Origin: the human T2T-CHM13v2.0 reference genome, Homo sapiens
Length of the DNA stretch: 64,000 nt
Strand: one strand, 5' to 3'
Assembly: GCF_009914755.1 (NCBI RefSeq)
Contig: NC_060930.1
Both the position numbers and the translations under genes were made by a program. Each line of letters opens with the position of its first letter. Position 1 is the stretch's first letter. Under the pieces are notes generated by a model that saw only the letters and a list, made by a program, of their open reading frames with translations, had not been told where the DNA came from and did no database searches. Positions 1 through 16,900 of the stretch are shown piece after piece.

Positions 1-279
1 TTGGCTATTTAAAAATGTTTTTAGCAAATTTATTAAAATATGAAGATTTATAAAGGAGGTTGAATATTTGGGGGTTTCTCAGAATCCTTTTCCAGTATCT
101 CCCTGTCTTGAAAGTATTTTATATATTTACTTGAAGATATCTTATAAATTTACATCTTTGGTAATGTTACTTCCATGTAAAATACGTGCAGTACACATAC
201 TCCAACCCTCCTATAAAATTTAGTTCAGAGCGCTTCACTGCCTGTCAACCCTGATGGCCAGCCTCATCTAACACTTCTG

Positions 280-740
280 TCATTCAAATAATACTTATTA
301 TTAATAAATGCCTACTATTGTGCCAGACAGTATCCTAGATATTGGAGATATAGTGGTGGGATGGGGATGGGGAGAGATTTAGACAAAAATCAAGTAAATA
401 AGTAAGTAAACATCAAAATGCAATGTTTGGTACAAAGGAATAAAGCAGGGTTTCTAATCAAGAGGGTGGGTTGAAGGTGCATTAAAGAGGGAGATAGAGA
501 AAGGCCCCTTTGACAGATCATATTTTAACTCAATAGTAACCGCCCTTCAGAGATCTTGCAAGCAAAGGGATCAGCAATGGAAAAACGCCCTGAGGCAGAA
601 ACAAGCTTGGTGTATCAGAAAGACAGAAGGAAGGTGGAGTGGGTAGAGTGGAGTCAGGGATTGGAAAGGCAGCGGGTTAGAGAAGTTGTCATGCTTGAGT
701 AATTGGGACCTTATCTACTGGATGAGGACTTCAGATGTTA
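280..740 (-). mobile_element. L2 LINE relic (3' end)
   Basis: tcattcaaataatacttatt...tgcctactattgtgccagacagtatcctagatattggagata resembles the antisense L2 3' end; boundaries approximate. Confidence 0.6.
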
Positions 741-979
741 TTCATGGTCATTTGCTACAGCCAAACAGACCATCTTCTTTAAAAAAAAAAAGCATCATCT
801 GTACTTAAACTTTTATGCTATTGCACACATAGCTGTCCCCATATGGACACTCTCTGCCTCATTTCTTCCTGTTGAACTCTTAGCCCATTTTAAAAAATAA
901 AGCTAAAATCCAATATCATCCATAAAGTCTTTCCTGATTGCTCTTACATGATATATATATTTTTCCTTTTCTATGTAGC

Positions 980-1830
980 CATCCATTCATTCTTGGAAAC
1001 TCAATTAGTCACTGAGAATGCACTATGTTCCAGGCACTGTGCTAGACACTAGGAATACAAAGATAAATAAGACACTGTCCTAGCCTTTGTAAAGCCCATT
1101 ATTTGGTGAAGAAGATAGCCATATGTGAGCAGATCATTATGGTTAAGCATGATGAATGCTCTAATCAATTAAAAATGAAGCACGTTGGGTGGTGGCACAA
1201 AGCATGAAACAACTACCTCTACCTGCATAGAGTTTCAAAGGATGAGTAGGAGTTCAGTGTCTGGGGAGCATGAAGAAGGTCATCTCAGACCCTGGGTCTG
1301 AATATGCAAAGACATCAAGACATGAGTGTGCCTTGTGAGTTTGAGTAATGGTGGAAGATCCAAGATGAACGTCAGAAACTTGAGCATTAAGTTGCAGATG
1401 ATTGTACAGGGCCTTCCACATCTTGCCAAGGAGTTTGGACTTGATAGGTTAGAGGGAATGTTACCTGGTGGCAGTATGGAGGATGATCTTGAATAGGGAG
1501 AGAAGATGAGGGATCATGTTGGTCTGTTGCAATAGTCCAGATGAATGATGGCAAGTATTTAAGCATACATTTCAGCAATGGCAGAATGAATGAACAGGAA
1601 GGGCTGGATCTAAGAGACAATTCTGCCTTAGAAGCTACCAGTATTGGTGACCAATTGAATGTGGAACATATGGGAAAAGGAGAGCTTTTGGAAGGGCTGG
1701 CTTGGGTGAATGATGTTCCCATTAACTAAAATAGAAAACAGAGGTGGAGGAACATGGTTAAAGGAAAGAAAATTAGTTCCATTTTTAACAGGTCATGTTG
1801 GAAATTCCTGCAGCGCACCCCAGACACATA
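980..1830 (-). mobile_element. L2 LINE relic
   Basis: ccattcattc...cactatgttccaggcactgtgctagacactaggaatacaaagataaataagacactgtcc followed by purine-rich L2 body; boundaries approximate. Confidence 0.7.
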
Positions 1831-4800
1831 TTTTGTTTATTGCATTTACAGCCCAATGGGTACTTAGCAGCAGCTGCTGTGTGTACTGTGCGGTTAGGAT
1901 TCTATTTATAAAGATGACTTATCTCACTGGGTAGTCTGTTCGCCATAAGAAAACAGAATCATGCATTTCACTTCTCCATATGCTCCTTAGCAGTATACAC
2001 ATGATCTGTCCCTAACAGGTACTCAATAAATATATATTACAGAATAAATAAAAATCACTTTAACATTGATGATTCTGTTTTACGAGTTGTTTAACTGTTC
2101 TTTTGAGTCCCCATGCACCAATAGAATATTAAGCTCATTGGTTAAGTGCCAGCCTGGTTTTCTTGTGTCCACCTTTATTCTGGAGTTAGAAAGAATGTCT
2201 TAGCATCAAATCTGTCACAGAGAAGAGTTTTGAATAAGGATTTATATTTTTCTTAAATGGACTTTTTTTTTTTGCAATTTATGTAGTAGAAGGGGAAGGC
2301 ATTTCATGGCATGTAAATGGTACCTTTTCAAGGCTTCATGTAGAAAAAAGGAGGGGCTATGTCTATCTTATTTTCAACTGTTTACCTGGTATCTAGAGTT
2401 AGAATTGGTACATAGTAAAAGTTCAATACATATTTAACAGATGAGTGAGCTAATATAGATTTCCCCACGTTTGTATATTTCACTGGGCATTTTCATATGT
2501 CTGGGATGGGGAGTGTTAGACATACGCCCTCAATCCTCTTTAAATTCTACAAGTACTTTAAATGTATTGTACGCTTATGCACTTTTAGAAAATTTACCTT
2601 TTTGACCTTTGTCAATTTTGCCAGACAGGCAGTGTGAAGAAATGTTCTAAAGTTTTTGCTCAGATCTACAGGTAAATAAATTGTTTTTCTCTCTGCCACC
2701 ATTTTCAAAATTGCTTTTAAATCAGGCCTTTTAGAGGAATCTGATTTTCCCTATTGTCTGTACAGGATGTGACCTATTCCCCTTGGTTTTGACAAGTCTG
2801 TGGTGATTACTGACAGAGGAAGGCAAAAGGGACTGCCAACAAATCTCTTGATTGAGTGGAATGCAGTGAACTGGCAGCACTTTATAAATGCCAGGATGCA
2901 ACCTGCAGGTGCAGGCCAGTGCCTTGGGATGGAGGGTGGGGAGAAAGAACAGTGCAGCCCCAAAGCCAGTACCTTCTTGGCCCCTTCCCCTTCAGTTTAG
3001 TCTACATACTTCTGGAACAGATGGCTTATTCAGGTTCTCATTGCACCCATCATCCATAGGAGCTGTGGACTGCTTCCCCTGTGTGGGGAAACCTCTTCTA
3101 TCACACTGGAGTTTCATTCAAGGGCATTCATTCTTTCTGCAACCCTATCCCTGTCTGCCATCGCCCTTTCCTCCCACCTGGGCTTCCTGTCTTTCTTCCT
3201 GTGGTTAAGTAATTTTTTTCCTCTCTCTCCGTTTCTCTGAACTCTTGGCATCTGTTATATCTGCATGAAATCATTCTCCAGGGTTCTTCACTTTGGGTGG
3301 AGTTGCAGGGAGGGTGTTTCCTGAAGTATGCCTTCACTGGGGCCACCATGGCTCAGAGGCTGTGACTGGGAGGCCCTGGCAGTATTTCTGTTTTTTCCTG
3401 AGGTCCTTATGTCCAGGAATGTGGGGTCCAGCCTCAGAGTGGTCAGTTGCATAGCTGAATAGCCAAAATAATTACCAATTAATAGCCAAAATAATTAAGA
3501 ATTATTCCAGCCTTTTGAAGGGTTTCGAAGAGGAAAAAAAAATGACATAGTCTATAGCTGCACCTACAAAATCTTCTTTCTCCTCCTGTCCACATTCCTC
3601 AAACTCCAAATGGCTGTCCTCTTGGATCCAACTGAACTCTGTTTACTGCTTAGCCTCCCACATTCTTTCCTAGCACTTCATCGTGGCTCAGAATTAACCT
3701 CTGTCTCTATGAGATGCAATCCTTCTAATTTAGGAAGGGGAGAGGGAATTAGAAACAATAGGAGAAAGGAAGTTTGGGAACACTCTTCCTGTGATAATTT
3801 TTGTACTATTATGTTATATAGTATGAAAATGTATTTTAAACGCTTCCAAATGAAGTCTTACATATACTAGTAGGTATGATGAGAAGTTTTTAAAATACAT
3901 TTAAAATTATTTTGATATGCCATTTCTTTCAAAGACAAAATACTAGCTTTTCAGGAAACAACTCTTTGTTTGACAAATGTATTCTTAAATAATTGACTTT
4001 GTGATGTCAGAATGGGTAAATTTTTGCAATCTGGGGTTGTGTCTTCCATCAGAGGTTGTATCACTTGCAGTAAAGAGATTTTGAAATTAGACCTGCTTTG
4101 CAACCAGAAAGGAAGAACATTTAACAAAGTGTTCCTAGGCTGTTAGCTATGAACATACTTGTCAGTTGCCAGAGTTAAGAAGGTCTCAGGTCAAGTTCAC
4201 TAGATATATGCTGTTTATGGACAGGGAGGTCTCAAGGGCACAGCACAGAGCCTAGCTTATAGGAAGCTCTTGATAGATGATCTCTGAACTGAGCTGCTAC
4301 AGAAGCTCTGAAGTCCAGAACTTTACTTTTGGACATTTATCTCCCACAGCTGTGTGTCTTAATTTCTGAACTTGCCTCTCACACTCCTTTCTCTTCCCAG
4401 TCACATGCACATAAAAGCCCTCGCAACTGATTCCCGTGTCTTTGGGATTTACTGGGGATCTTCTGCCTGTGCATCAGGGTGATTATGAGGTTCTGGAAGG
4501 AGGATGGAAGGGACAGTATCAAAATGCACAGGCCTACCTCAGAAGTTTAGATAGATCACCTTTTATACTTGCTTTTAGATGACGCTGATGAAGTTATTAT
4601 AGTGAGTCTTATTGTGGGGATGGGAGAAGGATGCTATGGTATTCTCACATGCTTTGGATAATTTTTCTCCTTTCTTTTACATTGTCACATTGTTACATTT
4701 ACTCCTTTCTTTTACGTTTGTTTTTCCAGATACTGCTAATCTCTGGGTTGACCCCAAGATCAGTTTGCTGATGAGGAAAGTAGGTGAAACAGGCAGAATA

Positions 4801-5294
4801 CCTTTTTTTCATGGAGTTGTCACTCAACCAGATGGATAGAAACCTGTTATATTGGAAAGTACACCAATTACTTACAGCCAAATACTTAATGCGCAAAGGC
4901 ATTTAAAGAAATCTGTGAACACTATCCTAAAATAATGCAAGGATCTAGGGACATTTGTCCTTTTAGAAAGTGAACTGGCTTTGTAGGCAAAGTCTTACAT
5001 CTTTAAAACTAGACTAAATGAATACCTTTTCATATACTATTCATTACCAAGTGAAATTTGGCTTCTGTCTTAGATCTGCCCCTACTCAAAATTCAGTAAC
5101 GACAGTGGCATAACACCAGTGAAGCTGTGATAGTGGCCAAAAATTCATGGTGCCATAAAGCCAGTATCAGTTCTATTATTGAGGCTCCTTTACATACTTG
5201 TCTATTCTGTCTTTCTGAAAATAAGAGATGAATTAGATAATGCTTCAAATGTGAGATTCATAATGTTGATACTTATTACCGAGTGCTCTTGCAA

Positions 5295-5550
5295 AGAGAA
5301 GCATGGAAATTTGGGTATGGGCTTTGAAATTGAACAGCTTTCGTTTGAGTTTCAGATCTAACACTTCACAGCTTTGAGGTGAATGTACATAAGTGTCTAA
5401 GGCTGTCTAGCTTCAGTTTCTTTATCTGAAAAACTAGGTTGATAGCAAGCAGTCTCAAAGTTGTGAGAATTAAATGAGAAAATGTTTGTATAGCTCCTAG
5501 GATAGTGTCTGGGATATTGCAAGCACTCCATATATGATAACTATTATAAA
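5295..5550 (+). mobile_element. MIR SINE
   Basis: cagtttctttatctgaaaaa...gttgtgagaattaaatgagaaaatg MIR core. Confidence 0.7.
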
Positions 5551-5554
5551 CATC

Positions 5555-5720
5555 AGTTCATTTCATCTTTACAAAAACCCAGTGAGACAGGTAAAGCAGG
5601 GATTATTGTTATACCTATTTATCAGACAAGAAAACAAAGTCCCAGGGAGTTGAAGCTACTTGCCAAAAGTTACACAGTAATTTACGCAGTGAAAATGGGA
5701 CTCCAGCCTGTTTTCTGACT
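5555..5720 (-). mobile_element. MIR SINE, opposite orientation to the adjacent copy
   Basis: cctattttatcagacaagaaaacaaagtcccagggagttgaagctacttgccaaaagttacacag is the antisense MIR core. Confidence 0.65.
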
Positions 5721-6602
5721 AAAATTTCTCAATTTTAACATATATCAAGCTTGATTTTATCCACAGTTTTCAATTACTGATAGATTTTTGAGATATAAAA
5801 AAAATCATATTTAGTCTTCTGATTTCACTGAGCCTGGAGGCTCTGAAATGTTTTTCTAAGTGAGCTTAGTATAAATCCAAGAAGAGACATACTCTCAGAG
5901 ATTCCAATAATTATCACACACCTTTTGCTTCCAGCAGAATATAAGAAGACAAGAAGCTATGGATAAAAGAAAACTCTGTTTTGGTTACTGAAACTTTCTG
6001 CTGTTTCCTACGCCATCAATTCCAACTGATTGGTAGTTCTATGGTAGATGTGTCAAGGTGGGATGTGGCAATTTTTATTCTGTTGTTCTTATCTTCACAA
6101 ATTTTAGGTACAAAGAATTTATAACATCCTTTCCAAGTTCAAAGGGAATTGTGTTTGTAGACATAAAACTTAGGGCATTCCCGTCACAAATTTGGTGCCC
6201 TCAGTATAGGTTTTGAGCCCTTGAGTGATGGCTACAATTACTAAGTGTTTCTAGGGTATTAGGTTTCATTTGAAGCACTTGAACAATTTTAGTAGATATG
6301 AACTTTTTTTAGTCAGCTTTATACTATTGTGGATAAAACAGTAATGTTGGTTGAGCAAACTTCTTAAAACATTTCTTCCAAGGCTGAGCTGTGCCTCTTT
6401 GAAATCAAATGATTTTTCCCTGAACTTTATTAGAAAATACACATGTTGATTTCCACTCTAACATCCATCTTTGTAATAACGGGAATTTACTTACCTTAGT
6501 GTCCTTAACTTTGGATAACTCTAGTAATCAAAATTTAAAACTGGCTCTGGAAATGATAGCAATACACAAGATGGTAACTGTCCTCAAGGAATTTACTACT
6601 TA

Positions 6603-8970
<2,368 letters not shown>

Positions 8971-9239
8971 GTTCTCACTCATAGGTGGGAATTGAACAAT
9001 GAGAACACTTGGACACAGGAAGGGGAACATCACACTCCAGGGACTGTTGTGGGGTGGGAGGAGGGGGGAGGGATAGCATTAGGAGATATACCTAATGCTA
9101 AATGACAAGTTAATGGGTGCAGCACACCAACATGGCACATGTATACATATGTAACTAACCTGCACATTGTGCGCATGTACCCTAAAACTTAAAGTATAAT
9201 AATAATAAAATTTCAAAAAAAAAAAAAGGAAAACAAAAC

Positions 9240-9640
9240 CAAAAAGCAAAATAGTATTACAGTGCAATAAGGGCAGTAACAGAATAGCAGAGAGAATGAA
9301 AGCCTAAAAGAGGAGTGGCTAACTTTGACTGTGAGAAAGAGGCACAGGAGCAGAGAAGAATTATTGAAGTGATAGCTAAGGAAGAACAGAAACTATCCAG
9401 GCAAAGCAAAAAGGAGAGAAAGAGAGTTTTAGGCAGGGAGAACAACACACTTGAAGGACTGGAGGAGAGTGAGCACAAGGTCTGAGGAACTGAAAGAAAT
9501 TCCCTGTTGAATCCTAGGTGAGAAGGGGAATGGGGACTAGCAGAAGCTGAAGAGGAAGGTGGGACCAGGCAGGCCAGGTTTTGTTGTAAACCATATTTAA
9601 GGAACTTGACCTTCATCCTAGGAAGAGTGGGTAGACATCA
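9240..9640 (-). mobile_element. L2 relic continuing across the L1 insertion
   Basis: Purine-rich L2-like body (ggtctgaggaactgaaagaaattcc...ccaggttttgttgtaaaccatatttaaggaacttgaccttcatcc). Confidence 0.55.
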
Positions 9641-12329
9641 AAGTAAGGATATTGCAGGCAGAGTATGACTTCAATCATTTGTTAGCTGTTGACCTTGACT
9701 GGACAGATGGAGAGGGAACACAAGGAGTAGGGGGCTCCTGGTAGCTGTAGGGTGGAGAAAACATCTTAAGCTGATGAAATCTCATGGAACTGCATGTTCT
9801 CCAGCATGTAACTAACTTTAAAGATGAGGACATTGACATCCCCTTCTGCTATCAAATAAAGATATACAAAAATTGTACATACTTCATTAAAGGACATATG
9901 TTAAGAATTTGTGCATCCTCTCCTGCTAAATAAGTGTAGGAAATGAAGAAAAAAAGAATTTCTGCATTATAGATTTGAAATTTACTTCAAAGTCAGTTTC
10001 CTAGTTATCTGGATTGTCGACTTTTACCATTTATCAAGCATTGCCTTTAAGTGTTGTACCTATTTAATTATCTCTTAGAAACATGGTATTTAATTTTCCA
10101 AAAAAGAAGCTCAAAGTGTATTTCCTTTTGTTCCTTTATTCAGTATGCATTGATTCTTACTAAGTACTCATTGTGGAGCCAGCTCTCTTGACAGCTTTGC
10201 ACTTGACTATTGCTCAGTACCTCACTGAATAATTGGGTAATTTTCTAATTACATGTTACAATGAGTGTGATTCTTGCATGCTACTTTTTCAAAAAGATAA
10301 ATAAAAGAATTTTCTAAATACTATAGTTAGAAGAAAAATACATTAATCATAATTACAAGTTTGCCATTCACTTACTGTATATTTGTCACTGTTTAAGTCT
10401 TTGGGTAAGGGTGGGGTTATGAAAAAATGTAAAATAAATAATACTTACTCCCTAGAGATTCACAATATTGGTGAGGAACCGAACATATGTGAAAAAAATG
10501 GAGGATAATGCAAGGAAAATATTAGTAGGAACTCAGAGTTATGGTTGAAATTACAAAGTGCAAGAAAGATGAAAAGGAGGTTCTCAGTATTAACCATTAA
10601 TGAAGTAAGTTTTCTTGCAGGAGGGATGCTGGAGCCCAGCTTGCAAGCTGACTTTGGATGTTAATGACTTGTCTTGCTGGGGAAGGATTTATGGGTGAAA
10701 ATTATTTTGATGCTTAATACAGTGCCAGAAGAACCAGAGTGGTGATCAGGAAGTGCATGGCCTCAATACCTTCCCTTATAAGACCAAGCCCTAATGTCAC
10801 TCCTTTGCATGACTCATGTTCCAAACTACCTTCCATGTCTTATCAAGACCCCATCATTCCAGGGCTTGTCTCCAACCAATGTGCTGTACTTCATGACTCC
10901 AGGTGGTAAATGCTGGCTCTTCTCATCTCACCCTTCTCCTTGGGCTGTTAGTCCAGTAGAGAATGGCCTTTCAACTCCAGATATGATGGTCAAAAATAAC
11001 AACCTGCAGCCACCCCTTCCCAACCCCTCCTTGCCTAAAACCATTTGGTAGTAAACACCATCTGTAAACAACTCACCATGTAAAAAGAAATTTTTTCTTC
11101 CCCAGGTGTCGTTCACATACAATCTCAAACCACTAAAAGAATTTAAAAAGCAAGAAGTCCCTAAATGCTAATAGGAGACTGAGAAAGTGAAGCAATCTTT
11201 GACTCTGAGTTTGTACTATCCTTGACACTTTGCCTCATTTTCTGATGTATAAATAAGTGCAGTACCTAGTTACTATTGCACAAAGACAAAGCAAATTATG
11301 GATAGGAACATCTTAGAAAAGGTGAATTTAAAAGAAGTCTTAAAAATGTAATATATTCAAGTGGAAACCAGCACAGAATTTTAATCGAATTACTAGTTAG
11401 TATTATCAGATATTATCACCTTCTTTTCAAATCACTTTCGTGTCTGACCAGTGAGAAAAGCAAAAATAAAGTTTAAGGAAAAAGTGTGTCATCAATTAAG
11501 TATACCAATTTCTATATATTATCTCTATGCATTTTTTCCTAAATTAAGAGAAAAGCTGTTTATTTGTGAAAAAAATAACAGGATCTAATTATTTTCATCA
11601 TGGAACAAGAATTAGAATTTTATGAGAGAACAGTTAATTCTGGGTTAACACAAAATATTAGTATTTTTTCTAGAAAAATGTAGTTTCTTTCCCTATTGTG
11701 TAATTGCAATGGGGTTCTCAGGAGCTAAACATTTACATGAGGTTGTTCTTTCCATAAACTGTCTGTTATGTTCAAAGAGTGTTTGTCCTGTTCTCAAAGC
11801 CCCTTGTCTGTATCAGTGGTGCACAAGAGTGATTATCATTAACTTTGATGAGGTGTTCCAGGTTGATCAGGCAATGTAAAGGACTTGAATCGATATTGTG
11901 AAGAGCCTCATTTTGAAAAAAAAAAATTATCTGGTAAGGAAATTTACCTAAAGGAGAAGATTTTGTTTAAGGGCTCCAAATTAAATTAAATGTTGATAAT
12001 TTCAGATTTTTTAGGAATTAGAAATCCAGTTTATGAAAGTCCTCTGCCCTCTGGCACTCCAAACAGAGGATGTGTTACTTTGCTGCTTCTTAGGCATAGT
12101 AAGATTTAAGAAGACTAGAAATCTGGATTATTGTCTAAAAATGAGGGTATGTGATAATAATTCTATAGAGAGCAGGCCAGCACTTAGAATACCACAGAGA
12201 TGAGTAAGACACACACCTGGCCTTTAAGACCATAACTCAAATATCCGTGGAGGAAAAAAATCTTATCTCCAATAATCTTAAATTGTAAAAATAGTATTAT
12301 AACAATGTTAATACAGAAGGTCATTAAAT

Positions 12330-12960
12330 AAACCCTCCCTAATCCTATTATCCTGATACATGTGATTACATTTCATATAGTCTGTCTCTCTCCACATGTT
12401 TATTTCACCAATTATAATCATAGTGAACATATAACTTAATATTTATTTTTCACTTAATGGTGTATGGTTAATATTTCCCATATTGTTTTGATAGTGTTCA
12501 TATTTGTAATTTTAAATGGCTGCATTATATCCTATTTGAAGCACTAGCACTTACTTAAACATTTCCCTCTTTTTAGGGTTTTTATTTTTTGCACTGTAAA
12601 TGTTTATTATGTAATAAGCATCTTAATGTGCATATTATTTTTATGCCTGAGAGATTTTTAGGATGAATTTTATAATTACTGGGTCAAAGAGCAAGAACAC
12701 TTTTATGATTCTGGATACATATTGCCATATTATTCTGCAAAAGAGTAAAATCTAGTTTTTACATTGTTATTAGCAATATATTTCTGTGTTATGCCACGTT
12801 GATAGCACTGAAATTTTCCGTTATTTTTTCTAATTTAACATATGCCAAATGGTACTTTATTGTTGTTTTAAAGTGCATTTCTTTGATAATTGGTAAGGCT
12901 GAAGATGTGTTTGTTGAATATTTGTTCTTTCTTTCATGATAATTACCATGTATTGTTTGG
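12330..12960 (-). mobile_element. Old L1M 3' relic
   Basis: ttttaaatggctgcattatat...aattactgggtcaaagag...tggtactttattgttgttttaaagtgcatttctttgataattggtaaggctgaa. Confidence 0.65.
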
Positions 12961-13619
12961 AGTCTTGATTTACATTAATTCATTTATCTTTTGGAGTCTT
13001 GATTTCTTTCTTATGGTCATTATAACTTTTTGCAATTGGTTAGCAATGAGCAAGGCTTTTTGGGCAGAAGAAGCACTTTGTAGACAATAAGGCATTCAGA
13101 GAGAGGGAGCCCTGGGAACAGAATTTATTTGGCTGGGGTGAGAAGGCATAGTAATAAAATTCTCTGCTATGAATGTCTGTCCATTGTGCGAATGGAAATA
13201 AAAAGGGTACTGTTTTAGTCATATATCATAATGCAATTTCAGAATGTTTATTGATTGTATGATTGAAATATTTACTTTGGGACAAAATATAAAGGTTATT
13301 TTCCATCTTGGAATATAATTCCCTGCTCTTGGCACAATTACAAACTGGGATTGGAGAAAGGACATCATTTTCAGGGTCTTGTATTCTCTATATGCCATTT
13401 TGGCAAAAAAAGGTGATGTGGGTTTGTGAGAGTTATTTCCCCACGTGTCTATGGTATTTCACATTACCTGTCACCTTCTTCCCTTTCTGACACTAACTCA
13501 CCCTCTTCAGTTAGAACCGATGGGTAGCAGATTTAACATGCTGAAGGCTCTGTTTTCCCAACTGTTGGAGAGAAGCCTGCTGCTGGGTTGATTGTGTGAG
13601 TCTGTCTCTCATTCTTTTC

Positions 13620-13911
<292 letters not shown>

Positions 13912-16900
13912 TCCCATTCTTTTCAGTCAGTTGATGAATGTATCCGAGTATTGAAAGAGTATTTGGATATTGATATCTAGTTTAAATATTAGTAGGTGTT
14001 ACTTTATCAGTGTTTGGGGATTTATTTGTTGTTAGATTCTACTTTAAATTTTGAATGGATACATGCATTCTTGAGGATGTTATGTTTAAACAATAAATGT
14101 TAATAAGCATCTTAATGTAGTTAGTTGTATTTGGTTTATCAATGACTCGGTGACTAAATATTTACAATACAGATATTGTTTTTGATTCTTGGCAAATTAT
14201 TTAGTCAGGTTTTGATTTAAGGAACCTGGCTCTGGTAGTATCATGAGCATTTGGAAGAAAAGCCTCTTTCTTGGCCTCTCATTATAACTCACAAAAAGAA
14301 TTTTTCATTTTAGGAAGGGGCTTATTTTTAAAGTGGCAAATTATTTTGATTTTTCCAAGTTAATTTAGCAATCACAGCATAAGTCAAAGAACTGGGCTAA
14401 AGCTCATAACTCAAACCTAATGGAGGAGTCTCTTTTCTCCTAAACCCAAACCCTAACCTCAGGATCTGCCATCACTGTGTTAACCAGATGAGAGCCCCAT
14501 GAGGTCTACAAGCAGAAAAGTTGTGAGAAAAGGAGAAAGGCAAAGCTGACTCCAGAACTGCCCCAGGAAAGGCCCAGAATGAGTTTTAACCCAACTGCAA
14601 GGAAGAAGTAGACAGGAGAGAGAGCCATGCTCACATGCGTAAGCTGCTACTACATTTATTGATGAGCCTGGCCTTGTCAGTATCCTGGAACCAATCCAGT
14701 GATTATCAGCACCTCCTGCTCCCTGCTAGGAGGGCAAAGAAGCATTGAGAAAAGGGACAGAGACCAGCATCTTCTGCCTGTAGTCAGCATTTCAGAAAGA
14801 CAATTGTTGGTTATCTGTGAATCATCCATCTACCATTTAACACTTATTTATTTACCCTAGGTTTGGGTAATAGGTCTATCAACAAGACAGGTCATTTAAA
14901 ACTGGAAATAGTCAATCACTTATTTGAACCATTTGTGAAACTTTTCTAAGTGTTTGTGTTGCCTCAGATACTGTAGAATCAGAAGTCATTATTTTTTCTT
15001 AAATCTCTTATCTCTAGCATATATGTTAGGTTTATTTTATTGTTAAAATGCCCTTTGTTTAAAATATAGCTTAAAAGTATAATTTAAATTTGTATATCAT
15101 TCTTTAAAATAATTTTGTTTATTTCATATCTTTTCAACAATATCCTTTTATTTTCATTAAAAATTAATGTTTTTTCTAAGAATTAAATCCTGACATAGTG
15201 TAAGCAGATAAATATACATCTCAAAAGCAGTGCTAGTCTCATCATATTTATTTGATATTTCAGATTAACATAAAAGAAGACTTTTTGATATTTTAGTTCA
15301 ATCGAACACAAATTGCCAGAAGAAGTAAGTCCCCTTTTATATTCTGGATAGTGCTTTGAAACTATAAATATTCAGCCAACACCAAATCAATCTATAAAGG
15401 CTTGATAGAGGCCAGACAGTTCTTCAACTCAAATCTGGTTGCCCTCTCAGGCAGACAAAATAACCACAGCCAACTCTATCATAATAAATGGTGAAGTTGA
15501 TACCTTGTATTCTAGTTCGGTGAACCCAAGAATAGTGTGTATTCGAGTGTGGAACAGAAAAATCAGTTGTCTTTATACAAAGACTTTTTTATAGGCATTT
15601 CCATGAGCCTGATAATCATTATCTTGGTAATTAATGCCCCAGGGTAGTAGGGAATTGGTCTTTATCTTATACCTGCTTTGCATTTGGGAAAACTAAGAAA
15701 CAAAAAGGTTAAGAATGATTTGTCCTTGTTTTGATTATTAGACCATCTTGTTTGGCAGCGCTGACAAGTAGGAAAACTTTTTTTTTTTTACTTTGTCAGT
15801 AATAGCTGCTTAAAAAGAACAAGCAAACAAGGATAGTAAGAAATTAAAGGTGAAAAGTGTTCTGGTCCTAATTTAGTTCTCCACATATAGATTTGGTAGT
15901 AATGAGATAATTGCATTTGGGAGTGATTACCTCTGCCCCATGTAAATTTAAACTCCAGAGTCTATGAGAAGGCTGTCTTGAAGGTTGCCATATCACGTGA
16001 GCCATTTAGCAGAAGCAAGTGAAATTAAGGACTGAATTAGTTTGATTAGTGTTTACTGCACTGTTGTACCAATGTCATGCTAGAGATGTTAATAACTTGC
16101 CATTCAAAGGCTTTGATATAGGCTTTAATAGTGAAATTAGATGGAAGTGCTGCACGGGCAAGGGATCCTACTTGGGCAGATATACACTTCTGCCAATCCC
16201 AGTCCCAGAGGATCCTTCTGATGGCCACAGTGACCTTGATGGTCCCAAGCAGGAGGAGGGGAGGCTGTGAAATTCAAAGGATAACATTGAACACTGAGAT
16301 TCTTGCAGATGAGTTGTATGGTGAAATTTGAAGAATTATTGTAAATTAAGCATCTGAGGAAGTATAGTAAGAAGAAAAAAAAATTCTCTTCTAATTTGAG
16401 AAGAGATTAATCTGGCTAAAACGCTATTGTCTTAGTCTTTGGCCTTGATATTTGGGTTAATGAGGTTTTGAAGTGCAGTAAGAGGTTGCTATGGTGGAAG
16501 TAAAATACTGGACAAATCCTGATTTATCAAAAGATTCTGGGAAAAATCAAGAGTAGAGGAGGTCTGTTTTTTGTCTCCAGTATATCCTGTTGGTGGAACA
16601 AGTTTGTGATTTTTCATAGGAAAATCTTTGAGAAATGAAGACAACTAGTTACTAGAGAAGGAAAAGACATTTGAGGAATGGATTTCTGTTGTGTAGAGAC
16701 AGAAGGCTTGTGGAAGACAACCTCCTTTGCTAAATGTGTGGAAGCTTTCAGATTAAAAGGCAGGCAGGGATGTTTGGGGAGGGTGAGGGATGAGATTATT
16801 CAGCAGCAGGAGATATTCCTTCCTTTGAGGGGCTAGGAAAGCATCCACGCACTTTCCTGTTATATCTTGGTGAGGTTGGTACACGGAAAATTATCCCCTG

